DNA from: Bugula neritina
Taxonomy: Eukaryota; Animalia; Bryozoa
Assembly: GCA_964035545.1 (NCBI GenBank)
Contig: OZ037768.1
Span: 19,947,700 to 20,011,699 of the forward strand
Reading direction: 5' to 3'
Length of the DNA stretch: 64,000 nt
Every line of letters starts with the position of its first letter. The first letter of the stretch is position 1. Under the pieces are notes generated by a model, which was not told the origin of the DNA, ran no database searches, and saw nothing but the letters and a program-made list of their open reading frames with translations. Shown here one piece after another: positions 43,301-58,300 of the stretch. The position numbers and the translations under genes are program-made.

Positions 43301-46300
43301 GGACCGTTGTGCCACGAGAACTATTACTTCTGTTTAACGTATGTACTTAATGGCATACAATTTCTACTTTACCTGTATAGATGACTACACTGCATTACCA
43401 ACCACCACCATTCAGCCTGGAACCCATGGAAATACTGATTGGTTGACAGTCAACTTGGGGGTTTCAAGACGGGTTTACACTATCATTGTCTTGCCAGACA
43501 GCTCTAGTAAGTGGACAGTTTCTGTGTTTTTTATTTTTGGATCTCAGATTATAATCGAAGCAGGTATCATTCAAGTTGTTTTTTCACAAGGCATATAATG
43601 TTGAGCGGATAATTATCACGTATGTACCAAAAAACTAAATTATTTATTTTTACTGCTCTCTATATGTTTTATCATATTTAATTATTCTTCTGTTGAATTA
43701 AATTTCTAAATGACTATTAAGTGGAGTTGTGTTCAACTTCTGTGTTGTGCTTGTAGATTCTCCTAGCAGTACAGCTGATGTGCATGTACTGACATCTCAA
43801 GCTAAATCTATTAAGAACATTGTATTGGTGAATGACCGAGTCTGGTCGAGAAAATCTTTGGAAAAAGAATTACTTAGAGCTCCATATGGAGTTGTGACAC
43901 TCAGTCCTCCTCAGTATATTCAACATATTGCTTTACTCACAGCTTCTGATAGTAACTTGCGAATTTCTGAAGTGATGGTTCTTGGAAGAGGTTAGTTTAG
44001 TATGATGTGTGTCAAATTTTAGAGACCAGACCAATATTTTTGCAATTCATACTTGTTAACAAAGTCAAGTTTTGTTTATTTTAAACAAAGCATTGTGATA
44101 AGTTTTCAGTGTCACATGGTGCGTATACATCTTCCTAATAAAATATTTTCTGCTGCTGTTTATTAGCTCCTTCAATATTTTCCTGAAGTTTCATCACTAT
44201 AAGCTCTAATTTAATATATTTGTATTAGGTAGAATGCAGCGTCTCTAACTTTACCCTTCTCTCTTTCTGATGTGTTCTGTCTGTTGAATTTTCAAGCAAG
44301 ATGCTGTGTAACAGAAGTATAATTATTATGTTGTATGCTCTGTTTCTAGGACAAGGGTGTATGTTTAAAACTGGCATGGAGAATTTTGCTTCCTATGCTG
44401 AAGATAACTTTGACTTGAACAACAGGCATGTTGGTAGTAGCTTTAATCTGGATTGTAAATCAAAGCTCTGGCAGAAGAAGTGTGAAAACTGTTCCTCAAA
44501 AGTATCCTGTGTATACAAGATTGGCAGTGATGGAACCAGCTTTGATATGGTGTGGGATGTGACTGAGCAGCAGAAACTCTACTGTAGAAGTACGCCTCTA
44601 TTTTTAATCTCGAAATGATAGGAAGCTAAGATTATGCTATGTGGTTTCACAGAGTTGATTGTTAGACACTCAAGTGTTTTTAGTGACTCATTACAGTACA
44701 ACTCAATTCCTATAATTAAACTTTTAAAATGAATATATTGTCAGTACAAAAGATTTTAACACACTGCCACTGGCTGTTTGTTTGAGGTTGGGGGTTATGA
44801 TGGCTTCTAAACAATTGGCAATCTTTTTCAGATTCCAGTGTATGTCTGGTCAATGATATTCAGTTCTCTGCTGTTTCTCTTCCTTCTCACTTTTCTGTAA
44901 GATCTGAGGCTGAGTATATTTTTCCTGGAGATTCTATTCCTGTCTTTTGCCCTGGTTCATCCGCAACACCACGTTACACACTGCTTTGCTCGTAAGTTTA
45001 TCAATAAAGTGTATCCAATCACCTGCTATTATAAGCATTTAATTAAACTGCTATATTTAGTAAATATGTTATACAATGCAGGTCTTCATTAACATGGCAA
45101 CTGAAATCAAATCTCTCAACATCTTGTCCACAAGAAGACATGACTGGCAAGAATCTGGCTTCTTTGGGCTCTGCCAGTCAGAGTTCAATATCTCTAGGAA
45201 GTGCTGATGTAGCGATTGATGGTGTAACTAATTTTACTAGTGGTGCTGACGTGTACACAGCAACTTTGTGGGCACCAAACCAATGGTGGAAAGTAGATCT
45301 TGGTCATATCATTGCACTATCTAAAGTCACTATCGTCTTCCCTAATGATCAAGGTTTGCTGAATCAAATTATTTTCCAGGGAAAAATTAGCATAAATGAA
45401 TATATGCATCTGTTGATAAGTCACTGCACTACTCTTTCATTTGTCTGTCAGTTCCAGTTTTAAATTGTTTTGGGATGCTTTAGATTATCTACTGTTGATA
45501 ATTATTTAATTTGCATTCTCTACTTAGTTTGAAATGTTTTACCAGGGCTCATACTCTTTATTTATTGTGTTATGTTTTAGACACTTACATTTGGAGGCAT
45601 GATCTTCACATTCTCACCTCAGCTGTGACAGAATATTATTCTGATATTTCCCTAAATACTCCCTCCTGGTATTCTTCATATCTGTACGAAGGAACTCCTA
45701 CTGATCAGATTCTTATTCTGAATCTAGACAAGGAGGCACCTGCTAGACAGGTTGCACTCTTCTCAGTCCAGAACTCTTCATTAGCTCTGCAAGAGGTCGA
45801 GGTGTATGGTAAAAGTATGTACTCAAATATATTGCTATTTAAATATTTTGCCCATTATAACTTGTTCAACTTTCAATAACCATTTTGTAATTGCACTGCC
45901 ACAGTGTCTCAACCACACCTATTGTAACGTCCAAGTTATGTATAACAACGTAGTTATGCTAATCATTTGATATTTGTTAGCATGCATTCTCACTTTTGCC
46001 GGGTATTTTTATGTTGAAATATTTATGCTGTGTCTTGAAATTATTTTCAGGCCACCTTCTTACATCAATGTGAACAAGAAAAATATAAATCGTACTTATT
46101 GTTTTTGCCATGGAGAAATTATCTGTTTAGGTAACTTGGCTCGGTTTGGTGCTGTATCAAGTAGCACCGGTTCTCCTCCCAGTGGCTCTCACAAAGCCAA
46201 TGATGAAGTGATTGGTTCACACAAGTACTTTATGTCACAGGATGAAGTTTTTAGGTCATGGTGGATGGTGGATCTTGATCACCTCTCGTGGTTATCTTCA

Positions 46301-49300
46301 GTTTATATTTACACAGCCGGTTAGTTGCTTTTTTGTTTTACATAGTTTAGCCAGCTCTCCATACACTGCTTGCATTTCTCTGCATACTCTGTCTTGTAGC
46401 CAGTCAAATTTCAAAGAGCTTTGATTTGTTTCCAGGTATTCTCGATCAGCAATTTGATGTCTACACATCAGTGGATGAGGAGAGAAGCTGTTGGGGAGAA
46501 ACTCCATTAACTTGTGCATCTATGTTTCTTGTGTTGAATGAAAGTACACTTGGCCTATTGGAAGAATCTGTGTTAGCTAGAGTAGTAGCTGTAGTGTCTG
46601 AATCTTCTACACTAATACTTGAAGAAGTACTGATATTTGGTGAAACTCCTTCAGGTAGATGTAATAATCATAAGGTTTAGCTTAATTTTGAAGCCTTCAG
46701 ATATCTAGCTTTAAATGTGACAGAGCTGTTCAGATTTTTCTACTTGATTTTCTTAGCGTGGTAAACACATGCTGATCACATGCTGTTTTCAGAAAACCTA
46801 GCTTTCGAGAAACCTACAGCAATGAGATCTACTGCTGGAAATGAAGCTAGACTTGCTGTAGACGGCATGTGGAGTACATATTGTCAAACCGACAGTCTCA
46901 GTACCCAGTGGTGGATGGTGGATCTGGAGAAGTTGTATCTGATCAGTGAGATTGTTGTTTTTTGGCACCAAAACCAAACAGGTCTGTTGCAAATGTTAAG
47001 TATAGGTAGCAATTAAAAATATGTACGGACACAGTAATTTTTGTGTTCACTAAAAATATTTTTGTAGGAATATATTTCTAAACAGAAATATTTGTCGAAT
47101 ATGGACATGATTTGCAACAACTGCTTTTCTTAAGTTTGTTTTTTTCCTTTCAACAATGAACTTATTTTTGGAATTTCAGTCACAGATTTTGCTCGTCTAA
47201 TTTATATAACAACATCTCGGGACAATGCAACTGGAAATGTTTCTGACTTTACTTGGAATGATGACTTCACAGAGTCTTTGAACCAACCAGCAATTAGTTA
47301 TTACAGATACGAGAAATGGAGCCTGTCCAGAAGAGTGAACATATCTGTTGGCTTTGGTTTTGGAGTTCACATTAGAGAATTCTTGGTTTTTGGTAGTGGT
47401 GAGTTGTTTTCTGCAACAGTTATGATGTATGTTATACTTGTGCATTTTAAATATCTTGATGATTTACGATATTTTACTGCGCTTTTCTTGCGATATAATT
47501 TAGGATGTTTTTTTTACCATTTTACTGTAACACTACAATCGCTTTTCAGATAATATCAGCAGTGTATGCATGATGAAAGATATTGATTCTGAACTTCCTA
47601 AAGTTCATGCTGGTAGTAAGATTATACTAGAGTCAGTGTCTGATTATATCCGACCTGGAGAGAATATTTCTCTTGTCTGTCCTCAAGGTCAAGGTTTCAA
47701 CACATCCTCTCACGATTTCTCATTGGTTGAAACTCTAGTTTGCTCGTGAGTAATTCAATGGTTGACTGCCAAATGGGTTTGTTGTAAAAGCCATTTATTT
47801 TCTATCGTTATTTATTCTAGTATTTCATGTAATGGCGTTTATTTAGGAAAATTAATTGATTCTGACTTGGTATTTGATTTATTTTGATATATTTTAATTT
47901 TATCCAACTTTTGAATGTTTTTTATAATTTTTTTTAAATCTTCAGGAGAGGAACCTGGGCAAGTCATGAAGAATCCATCAGTTGCATGGGTAAACTCACT
48001 ACTCCTTGCTTCATTGAAAAGTGTTTTCTAGTGTTGAGAAGTTTTTTATTATAATTGCTTCCAAGTTGTTTATATATAATGTGACTGAGTTAGCAATATG
48101 TATCTCCATGCATTATGGTATGATTTGTATCTGTCTATAGATATAGCCTGTGAACCACCATCAAACAGTTCAATGTACGAGTACTCCGGTAACGTCACAA
48201 TAGATAACTTGATACCTCTAAATCAGACTCTACTACTAACATGTGATAATGGAATATCATATGAATCTCAGTGCAGTAGAAATGGTAACACGAGATTTGG
48301 ACAGTGGATTCCGCCTCTCTCTTGTGGTACGGTTTTTAGGCTTCTGCTAATAAAAAATGTCTGAAAACATGATTTTTGTAACTTTGAAACTAGAAACACG
48401 TCTGCAATAATTGGTTTTACAGACTACCAAGAATGCAGTTCGTTCAGTCAACCTGATATATGGGAAAGAGAGTTGGAGATGTTTAGAATTGATAGAAAAC
48501 AAGAAAATATTATTCTCCTTCATAACTCTGTGGTGTTTAATTGTATGGAGGGTTACCATGGGAACACGTCTGAGTACATCTGCATGATGTAAGTCATTTT
48601 ACAAGTGATACTTTATAAATCTATAGATTGTGTCTGAAAGATTTATAATTCTTTTTAAGGAAAGTGTGTGCTCTATTAAAGAAATAGTGTGTTAATAATT
48701 TATAAACATTTCTTTACAAAGACAGATAAAAAAATTATGAATATTTCCACCCTCATATATGGCTCCCTGCTTCTAACAACAAATAGAAATGCCAATGTCT
48801 TTGTACTAATATACTCTTTCTTGTAAGTTTATTTCGATACACTTTTTCATTCTATGGTTACACATTTGTACATGCAGTGATTCCTCTGGTCTAGTGTCAT
48901 TGGCAGCTGTTCATCAAAGTTCTGACTCTTGTACTGGTTAGTATCAATTGCATTACATTTAGTTGCAATATATATTTATTCCCGAGTTCATTAAAAAATA
49001 CCCATCTTTTTTAATGCTTTGATTTAGAGATCTTGTTTGCAACTTTCATTCTATTCCAATATTTACAGTGAATATGTGCCCTGCACCATCTGTTGCTCAC
49101 TATTCTGGTTACACCAAACAGTATACTGCTGACTGTATAAATGGTAACTCGTGTCAAGTTGGAGAGACTGTGGAACTCAAGTGTACAGATGAGGAAACAG
49201 AACCTCTAAATAAACACATCTGTGAGAGTTCTTCTAATCAGACAGACTGGCTCCCTCGGTCTACCTGTGGTGAGTTTTTATCTCATAACAAGTTTCACTT

Positions 49301-52300
49301 GCTTTTTTGTAATAAATATATAAAGCATGCTTTCTATTATTAAGTTTAATCTCTATGAATTATTTATAACGCAGCAAAATGTAGACAAAAAATATGCTTG
49401 TTGTTATTTATGGAGTGTGTTTTTAGTTTAATCTCTTGATATATTGCATATGATATAATAAACTCTTGCGGCAAGTTCAAGGTTTATAAAATAGAGCACT
49501 TTTCTGCCATGCGTAAGAATAGATATACTATCATTGAATAGTCACTTGTCCTATTTTTTTAGATACAAATTGTGGTCTACCTCCAAGAATCTATGGTTTA
49601 GACTGTACAAATAACATACCTATAGAGTTGAACTCAGAACATCAGAAGTTTCCCAACAGTACGAGAATAGAATGTTCATGTCTTGCTGGTTTTGAACCAG
49701 TTAATATCACTCAACTTATCTACATGACTTGTAATGGTGAAATTGGTGAATGGGTTCTTTCCTCCGTCAACCCATGCATCTGTAAGTTGCAACATTGTTA
49801 ATTTTTTTAAACGCTGCTTGCATCCTCTGCTCATACCATCTCATAAGCGTGTTGGTTTATTGAATTGGGGGAGATGGTACAATCCATCAAAGAATTTGAG
49901 CTCTGTAAAAGCAATTTTTACTTTTGTGTCGTGAAATTATTTCTATGTGATCACAAAGTCAATGATACATTCTGATACATTCATAATTTATTGTCCTTTT
50001 TACCATTTCTACTACAAAATTGTGCCTGCAATAGGTGCATAAAACTTTACTTGTTTGTTTTAAAAACAAACATTATAAGATCATATAATTACAATTATAT
50101 TAAAACTGTCATACATTCAACTCATCATTATGTAAAAAAATTAATCAATAATGGATTTGTGTAGTGATGACTGAAGAAACATGGTCAGCCAACAGTACTC
50201 AACTGCTGTATGCTAAACTAGATGAATATCCAGTGAGAGCTACAGTGTGCAATACTGGGTTTTACATGGATGTGTCATACCCTAACAAACACCTTGTGTT
50301 TGATGTCACACCAGCTGAGGATATTGAAGATACAGAAGTCATATGTCTGCGTATGTTCTGTTTGTAAAAATGATTAAACTTTATGAAAAATGTATTCATT
50401 TTAAAAAGTAATGTCTGAAAATACTTAAAATTAATGCCTGAAAATACTTTGTTCAGTTTACTGGATTTTATTATTGTCATAATTTGCACCAATACTATAA
50501 TGTGTTTCTTTGAATAGGTTCTGACACAATAATAATACATTGGTAATTTAGGCATTTATTCAAATAAGATCGGTGAACACAGTTACTCTTCACTGTATAG
50601 TGCTGCACTTTCATTTTAATTGATGTTGTAATGTGCAGCTGGTTGTGATATCAATGACATACTCTCCATGGACACCAATCTCACTGCCGAACCTCTTAAG
50701 CACTCCTATGGGCCAAACGAAGAACTAGTTGTTAATTGTGGAAATGGTAGAGAACTATCTGGGCTAGAGAGTAAGTTGGTCATGAGATATTGTTTTATTA
50801 TGTTACTTCATTTGTTACAAAAAGTATTTTCATATAAGTATATATGCATTAGCTTTGTGCTATTATTTTGTTTTTCTATCTCATTGCACAGTCTGGGAAA
50901 GAATTATAAAATGTGTAAAAGTTGAAGTTTATGATGTCCAAACTGGCGGTAATGTGACAGAACTGAGATGGAGTGATCTTCCTTCAGGATTTAATTGTAC
51001 AGGTGAGACTCGTTAGATGTTTTACGTTCAATCTCTTACTTCTGGTGTTGATGTTACTTATGGAGTAATTTATATTTTAAACATTTGTTATGCATTTGTT
51101 TAACTATTTAGTTTTAGCCACTTTAAACCTGGCTCTATGAACTGCAAACACTACTTTGTGTTATCATGATGTTTTAAACCAATAATTGATGCTATTAACT
51201 TTTTCAGAGTCTGTAAATGATTCAACACCTGTTCCAGCTGGCATCAAGTGAGTTTATATTTCATGTAATCATAATAATTTGCTTTATATAATTGATTGAA
51301 AACATGTATAGTGACAAATGCTTGCCTCAAAATTGCTGAAGATGTTATAAAAGATCAGATTTCAATGTCCAACTTTCGTCATTTTGTAGGAAATTTGAAC
51401 CAATTATATATGCTGGTAAGATGCTTTTCATTATTGTTGCTCTGCAAAAGCTTCTGGGTTTTGCTTTCGCTACTGGTTTGTACCAGTGATCCATGATTAA
51501 AGTTCTATAGTATAATGAACTAACTACTAATTTATTGAAACTGGTATATATTTGTTACTGTAGGTGACATAAAGCTGGCTATTGTATCGGTTGGCGATAT
51601 AATGGTTAGTTCTAGCGGAGAATACAGAAGTCAGCTGGTTGACTACAGGCTGGATTACATTTGGCAATCACAGGCAACTCACAATCAATGGGCCATGTTG
51701 AATTTAAGAACTTTCATCTCTGTTATCACTGTTCGACTTTTCTTCCCAAATGAAAATGGTTAGTCTTTCTATTTTCTCTGTCAATCACATTCAGTTTTCT
51801 AGTGTTTTAGCTCAAATCACTGTTTGGATCATTTTTTAGTGTCAACTATTGCTTTAAGTCTTACTTTTGTATTTTATACAATGTTCAGTTGCACATGAAC
51901 TTTGCCTTTTTTGTAATTACTACACTATTAGGGATACCAAAAATTGAGAAGTTGTCTATTCTATCTACACTCTCCTCCAATGATCAAACACCCGATTTTG
52001 ATGATGGCTTCTGGGTAAAACACTTCTACTCGGAGCAACCAATCGTTGGTGACACGAAAGACTTCAACTTTGATGTTGGAACTGTTAGATGTTACAAGAT
52101 AGCTCTGCATTCAAACAGCTCCCAGGGACTTGCCTTAAGAGAGATTCAAACCTACTATTTAGGTATAGATAAACTGCCTGACACTTGCCTGTATCCATAG
52201 TCTATTTTGAAACCTTTAAAAAATCTTACTTTACGATAGTTTTTGATTGCGCATGTCTCCCAATCAATTATTTTTTATTTTCAGCTAATCTGCTTCATAT

Positions 52301-55300
52301 CAACTCTACGGCTGTTAGTAGCACCTCAGTTGAAAATTCTACTGCGAAAAATGTTATCGATGGAGTAGCTGTTACATCAGATCGTAATTCCTATTTTAAG
52401 TCTTTGGCTGGGAGACACCCTTGGCTAGCTTTGTATCTTGGTGATCGATATTTCTTGATAGACATCGCATTGGTGATGAACAGCAATGGTGAGTATAAAG
52501 TATAAACACGGTTGGAGTTTGCTTGAAAAGTTACAGACAAACCAAACGCACACACACACGCACACGCACACGCACACGCACACGCACACACACACACATC
52601 TTACTAATATTTTTATTCATATGTTTTAGATGTAACTGGTACAAACACCTCTCTCTTCTACAAGCTGGATATAGATACTTCAGCTATTTACGAATCAGGA
52701 AACAGTATGTGGACTGATATTGGTTCCTTAAGTGTAGACTCACCAAATGTTATGATAGTCAGTCACCCTGTGGATGTGTTTGCTAGTCACCTGGCTGTGG
52801 TTGGACAGAGTAATCGTAGTCTTATTATTAATGAGATAATGGTGTTTGGTTACACTCTCAGTAAGTCATAGCTAAATTGTGATTTGTTTCGTTGTTTTTA
52901 TAGTTTAGCCTATTTTACCGTGTCGGCTGATCAAATTTGTTCAGTACTTGATCATTTTGTTATAACAATATTATGAATATCTTACAAATTCAATGAGTCA
53001 GAGCTGAGTGTTATAACGTGTTACTGATCTGATTTTTGTTCATTTACAACTCAACTTATATTACAGGAAACTTTGCTGGTGATAGTGAGACTATGCAGAG
53101 TTCAGAAGAATTGGTGGGAGTAACTGGAGCTGAGAATGCAGTTGACGGTCTGATATTTGATGAAAGTGTTTATTCTCAAACAGATTCAGATGGACATCAA
53201 TGGTGGAGAGTGGATCTGTTGGCTTTACGCAGAGTTTATTCCATTGTCATTTACTCTAGTCTGGAGGGTAAGTAGCTGTTTCGTTTTATGTTATTAGTGA
53301 TCTGGCCAATTGCTTCTGCAGATTTTGCATCATTGCGGTGATAGTATATATCTAGTAGTTGAAAGTTTTGTAGGTTTCTTTTTCAATTATGCCATTTTAT
53401 TTCAGACTCTCCAGCATCAAATATCCAAGTATTGGGTAGTCAAGGTGTAACTGCTGGAAACCCACATCTGTACAAGAATACATGGGCTCTAGAGTTATAT
53501 AATGGCATTGCATTTGTATCTCCATATTTCGAACTTCACCTGGACCAATCCAAACTACTTCGTCATTTTGCTATACTATCTGAAGAAGATGTTGGTTTAC
53601 TACTGACTGAAGTAGAGCTCTATGGAAATGGTAGCTCTATCTATATCACATTTACAGTGAAATGTTTTTACTATTACTCTATATTGATATTTTTAGGTTG
53701 ATACAATGTTGACATAGCGCTTTATGTTATTCAGCTTCGGGCACATAACATTCAATCTTCTGACTGCATGCTGAACGCTATGTTAATAGTTACGTGTAGA
53801 TTACAATTAATGTATTCTTAGGCTGCACTACAATGTCAATGTATCCTTTTTCAGTTTGAAATTATTCAATTTTAGATAACGCCTGTGTTTTCAAACCTGG
53901 TGAAGAAAGCTACGCTAATTTAGCTGATGATGCCACAGACTTTAGACGCAGATATCCTGGAGAGTCCTTTGAACTAAAATGTCCTCAGTCTATGTCAGTT
54001 GTTTGTCCCAACTGTTCAGCTACAGTGACATGCTCTCTGAATGTTGATGGTAGTACTGGTGTATTTGACATGTTCTGGAATGTAACAGAAGAACAGAAAC
54101 TCTACTGTCAAGGTATCATGACTCATTCTTTTACTAATCATGTTCTGCTGGTTTAATTGTAATTACTATAGCAAATTGTGTCTTAATAATACAGTGAGGA
54201 TTTAATTTCGCTGTCATGTTGTCTATCAAACAATTTTTATATTTTTACATCTTACTGATTATCATGTAAATGATGGGTTTTCAATTCCTTAGATCATGTG
54301 ATTTGTGATCCCAAGAGCTTGAACTGGTCAGAGATGGGTTTACCAAGTTCTGTGGAACCACTCGATTCTGTGGATTTTGTTTTATCTGGTACTAAGTTGT
54401 TTTACCAATGTGGCTCTGATAAGATTGGAGTATCTACTAGTGGAAGGATGTTGATGTTTGGATCAATTGTTTGCAGGTAAATTTTTTAGGGACTTGTTAC
54501 ACAGACATCAACTTTCAATATTGAATGAAGTTAGGTGCATACAATAAGATACAACTAGATACATGAGTGTCCTCTTTCCAGTTCTAAAGGCAAATGGATT
54601 GTTGGTGACCCAGAGAACACGATTACCAGCTGTATTAATCGTACCACATCAGAAATTAACCTGGCTATTAATAAAACTACAGACATTAGTTCCATCTCAT
54701 CTGGGAATCTTTCATATTTTGTTGATGGATTATTTGATACTTCTGGAAGTTCTGTCGAGATTCTGTCTACAGACAGTGAAGCTAACCAGTGGTGGAAGAT
54801 TGACTTGTTTGCTATATATGGTATCCGTGAAGTCATTCTCTATGCCTCTAATGGTAAGGCTTCATGCTTACATATAATTAACTACAGAACGCCTGATAAA
54901 ATGTTAGTGTAATTCTGTAACACCTTTCATATCCAATTTCTAGACACACTGCACACCATTCAACAACTACACATACTGACATCTGTTGCCACATACCCTG
55001 ACAGTGTACCTTCAGTTAATAGTGATTCATGGAACTCAATACATGTATATGATGGACCACCCACACATTGGGTTGTCAATGTACAGTTTACATATAGAGC
55101 ACCTGCTAGGCATGTCGCTCTGTTGTCTCTATATGATGAAGGATTTGGTCTACAGGAAGTGGAGATTTTTGGGACAGGTTAGTAAATCTGAATACAGGTT
55201 CAGGTATGCTAATACCTCTTAATTTCTACAGAGATTCGATTTACTAAATTTGGTATTAAGCTGTGAAGTTGTATTGATTTGTGGTGATTATTTTATAGAG

Positions 55301-58300
55301 AATCTTGCTATTTCGAGACCAACAGCAACTAGCAGCGTGTCAGCACATAGCTTCTTCGCCGTTGATAGTTTCATTGGGACTTATGGGCTTTTTGCATCTG
55401 AACTTGGCGAAGGACAGTGGTTTATGGTGAATTTGGTGAATCAGTTCTATCTCGGATCTGTCTTTATTTACACCAATGGTTTGTATACATTCAACACTAG
55501 AGCTTACTCTCATGTTTTTTATGTTTATACTTTGTATTTACTTTGAATTAAAGATATCTTTTAAATTGATTAACCTTGCTGCACACATTTTAAAAAATAT
55601 GTAATTTGTTTAGAATTATCTATGGATGATGCTATTCTCTACACACTTGATGAGTTGCATCCAGAACACTGGAATGTTGATCCTTCTTTATGGCCAGATA
55701 ACGTCACCGTCAGCCAATATTCAACAAGTGTTTACTATGTTGTACTCAACAAAATTTTAGTCCAAGGGTTAGCTGTTTACAACAATTTGGAAGATAGACT
55801 AGTTATAGAAGAGATTGTAGTTTTTGGATTTCCACCTTCAGGTAATGAAGCCTTTCCTATACTTTTCATGCTGATTACAAACCAAATTGAGCCAAGAAAC
55901 TGTTAAGTCAATGTTCACTTGATCTAACTACTTTGATGACAATTTTGATGACATTTTTCCTTAGCTATGTGTATGGTATCGAACATCGGCCTGTCCTTAC
56001 CCGAGTTGGATGTAGAGAACAGACTTTTACTTCAAAACATGAGTTTTCTGGAGCCCGGAGAAGAATTATCTGTTTCTTGTGCCAGCGGCAAAAGTCCAAA
56101 TATCACTCAACTGAATCAGCCATTTGTTGAAAACATTAAATGCCGGTATGTTCCTCTAAATTTGCGTTTATACCTCTACTGAAAAATTTTCCAAGTTCCA
56201 GTTACTAACACTTGTCCGAGTACCCCTTTATAGTCAAACTGAAAATCGTTGAAATCATATTGAGGCGGAAAGCTTGCTTTCTAAAATTGAAATCTGACTC
56301 GCATAATCGTTATTTGTTGCCCTTTCTTTAAACGTCGTGAATTATTGAAGCTGACAGCATAGGCGATATAATTATTAACATATATAAGTGCGTCGTCTAA
56401 TCACCAAAGTCATAACTGAATAAAGATGTTTACAGGGAGTTATTACTTCTATTCTGAAATCGGCCGATTAAGTTATCACAATACAAAAGTTTCTACGTTT
56501 GGCTTTTACAATGCAATGCAACCCTGAGAAATGTCAACCCCGCCAAATTGAATTTCTTACCTAAAATCGTAACGGTATAAAGGCAACTTAAGTGTCAATT
56601 TCAGTAAATTTTTCATTAGCAATTGTCGTGGATGCCATCCTTTATTTAATATACTAACATCGTGATGAACTCATTTGTTAAAAATGCTATTGCTTTAAAT
56701 ATTCGCGAGCATAAATCGATTGAAATTTACTTGATTTTCATTATGTTTTCCTTTGTTTGTCATCAACCTAAATTTATAATAGAAGAGTACATCAATAACA
56801 GTGACCTTGTTATGTGAGTTCTTTATTATGTGAATCTCTAATTTTTTCATATTTCAAGTGGAAATAATGTGTGGCTCAGAGGAGAACCGGCCTTAAAGTA
56901 TGAATGCATGGGTAAGATATGTTTAATGGTTACACACTCATCTGTATCGTATGATGAACTCATCCATTCTTTTGTGATTTGAATTTCGTAAGTTTCGATG
57001 CACTACTGCTGGGATTATTATTGACTGTATAAAGTTTAGTTATTTAACAAACCCTGCTTTCTTCATTAAATTTATTTTTATCTACTAATATGGACTGGTA
57101 ACATTTTTGGTTTGAAACTGATCATTTGTTTATCATAAATGAGAAAGCTTCTAGCAACTTATCAACTTATTGCCTTACTCCTTTATAGTGTTTATGTGAA
57201 GCCTGTGCCCTCAATAGTTTATATCCATTTATAGATATAGCCTGTGAACCACCATCAAACGGTTCACTGTACGAGTACTCTGGTAATGTCACAATAGATA
57301 ACTTGATACCTTTAAATCAGACTCTACTGCTAACATGTGATAATGGAATATCATATGAATCTCAGTGCAATAAAAATGGCAATATGAGAATTGGACAGTG
57401 GATTCCCCCTCTCACTTGTGGTATGTTTTTGCAATATTCTTTTAAATTTTATAATAGTCACTCGAAATTAGTTTTGGCGCTTAGTCATAAGAGTCAATAA
57501 TTTAAAATTTAAATGTCATATGCGTTATTTACAGAAAATCAAACCTGCAGCTATAACCAGCAGCCATCTGTTTGGGGCGAGGAACATGAAAAGAATAGAG
57601 AATATTTGGCAAGCAATGACAGGTTGTTGGTTGGAGAATCGGCTACATTCCAATGTTCAGAAGCTTACGTTGGTCAGCCTGCTCAATATACTTGTACTGT
57701 GTAAGTAGGATCTCCTAAAACTATAGCATGTGAAGTTTTTCTTACTTGTGGTTGTCGTCATTAACTGCCAATTTTGTATCTTGTAGTAACGCTCACGGCA
57801 ATGCAGAATTTCAACCCAAATCCGATGAAACGGTTCCACTATGCAGAGGTATGTTTTCTTCAAGTTTTAATTCATGTGAGAAGTGTTTTTGCAGAATGCT
57901 CATGATAATGCATAATTGCAGTCCATTTCGAATGAAGTGATTCCAACGTGCAATAGTGAGTTATTTCTAAGTTTTAACTTAATTTATAGTTTATGTGTAT
58001 CGAGGTATTGTTTACTAGCCAAAGCCAAGGTGTGTATTTTGTAAATAAATAGTTTTTCTGCATGTTTTACCCACCTTTAACAGAAATACGCTGTCAAGCA
58101 CCTGCTATAAGTACAGAAGGTCATATAACATACAGTCAAACACTTGACTGGGAGTGTCATCAGAATGGAGGTTCTTGTCAACTAAATGAAAGAGTTAAAG
58201 TCTTCTGTTCACATGATGATACGACTCCAACTCATCATTTCTGTCAGTTATCAGATAACAACACTGCTCAATGGTTTCCTTTGCTCTCTTGTGGTGAGAT

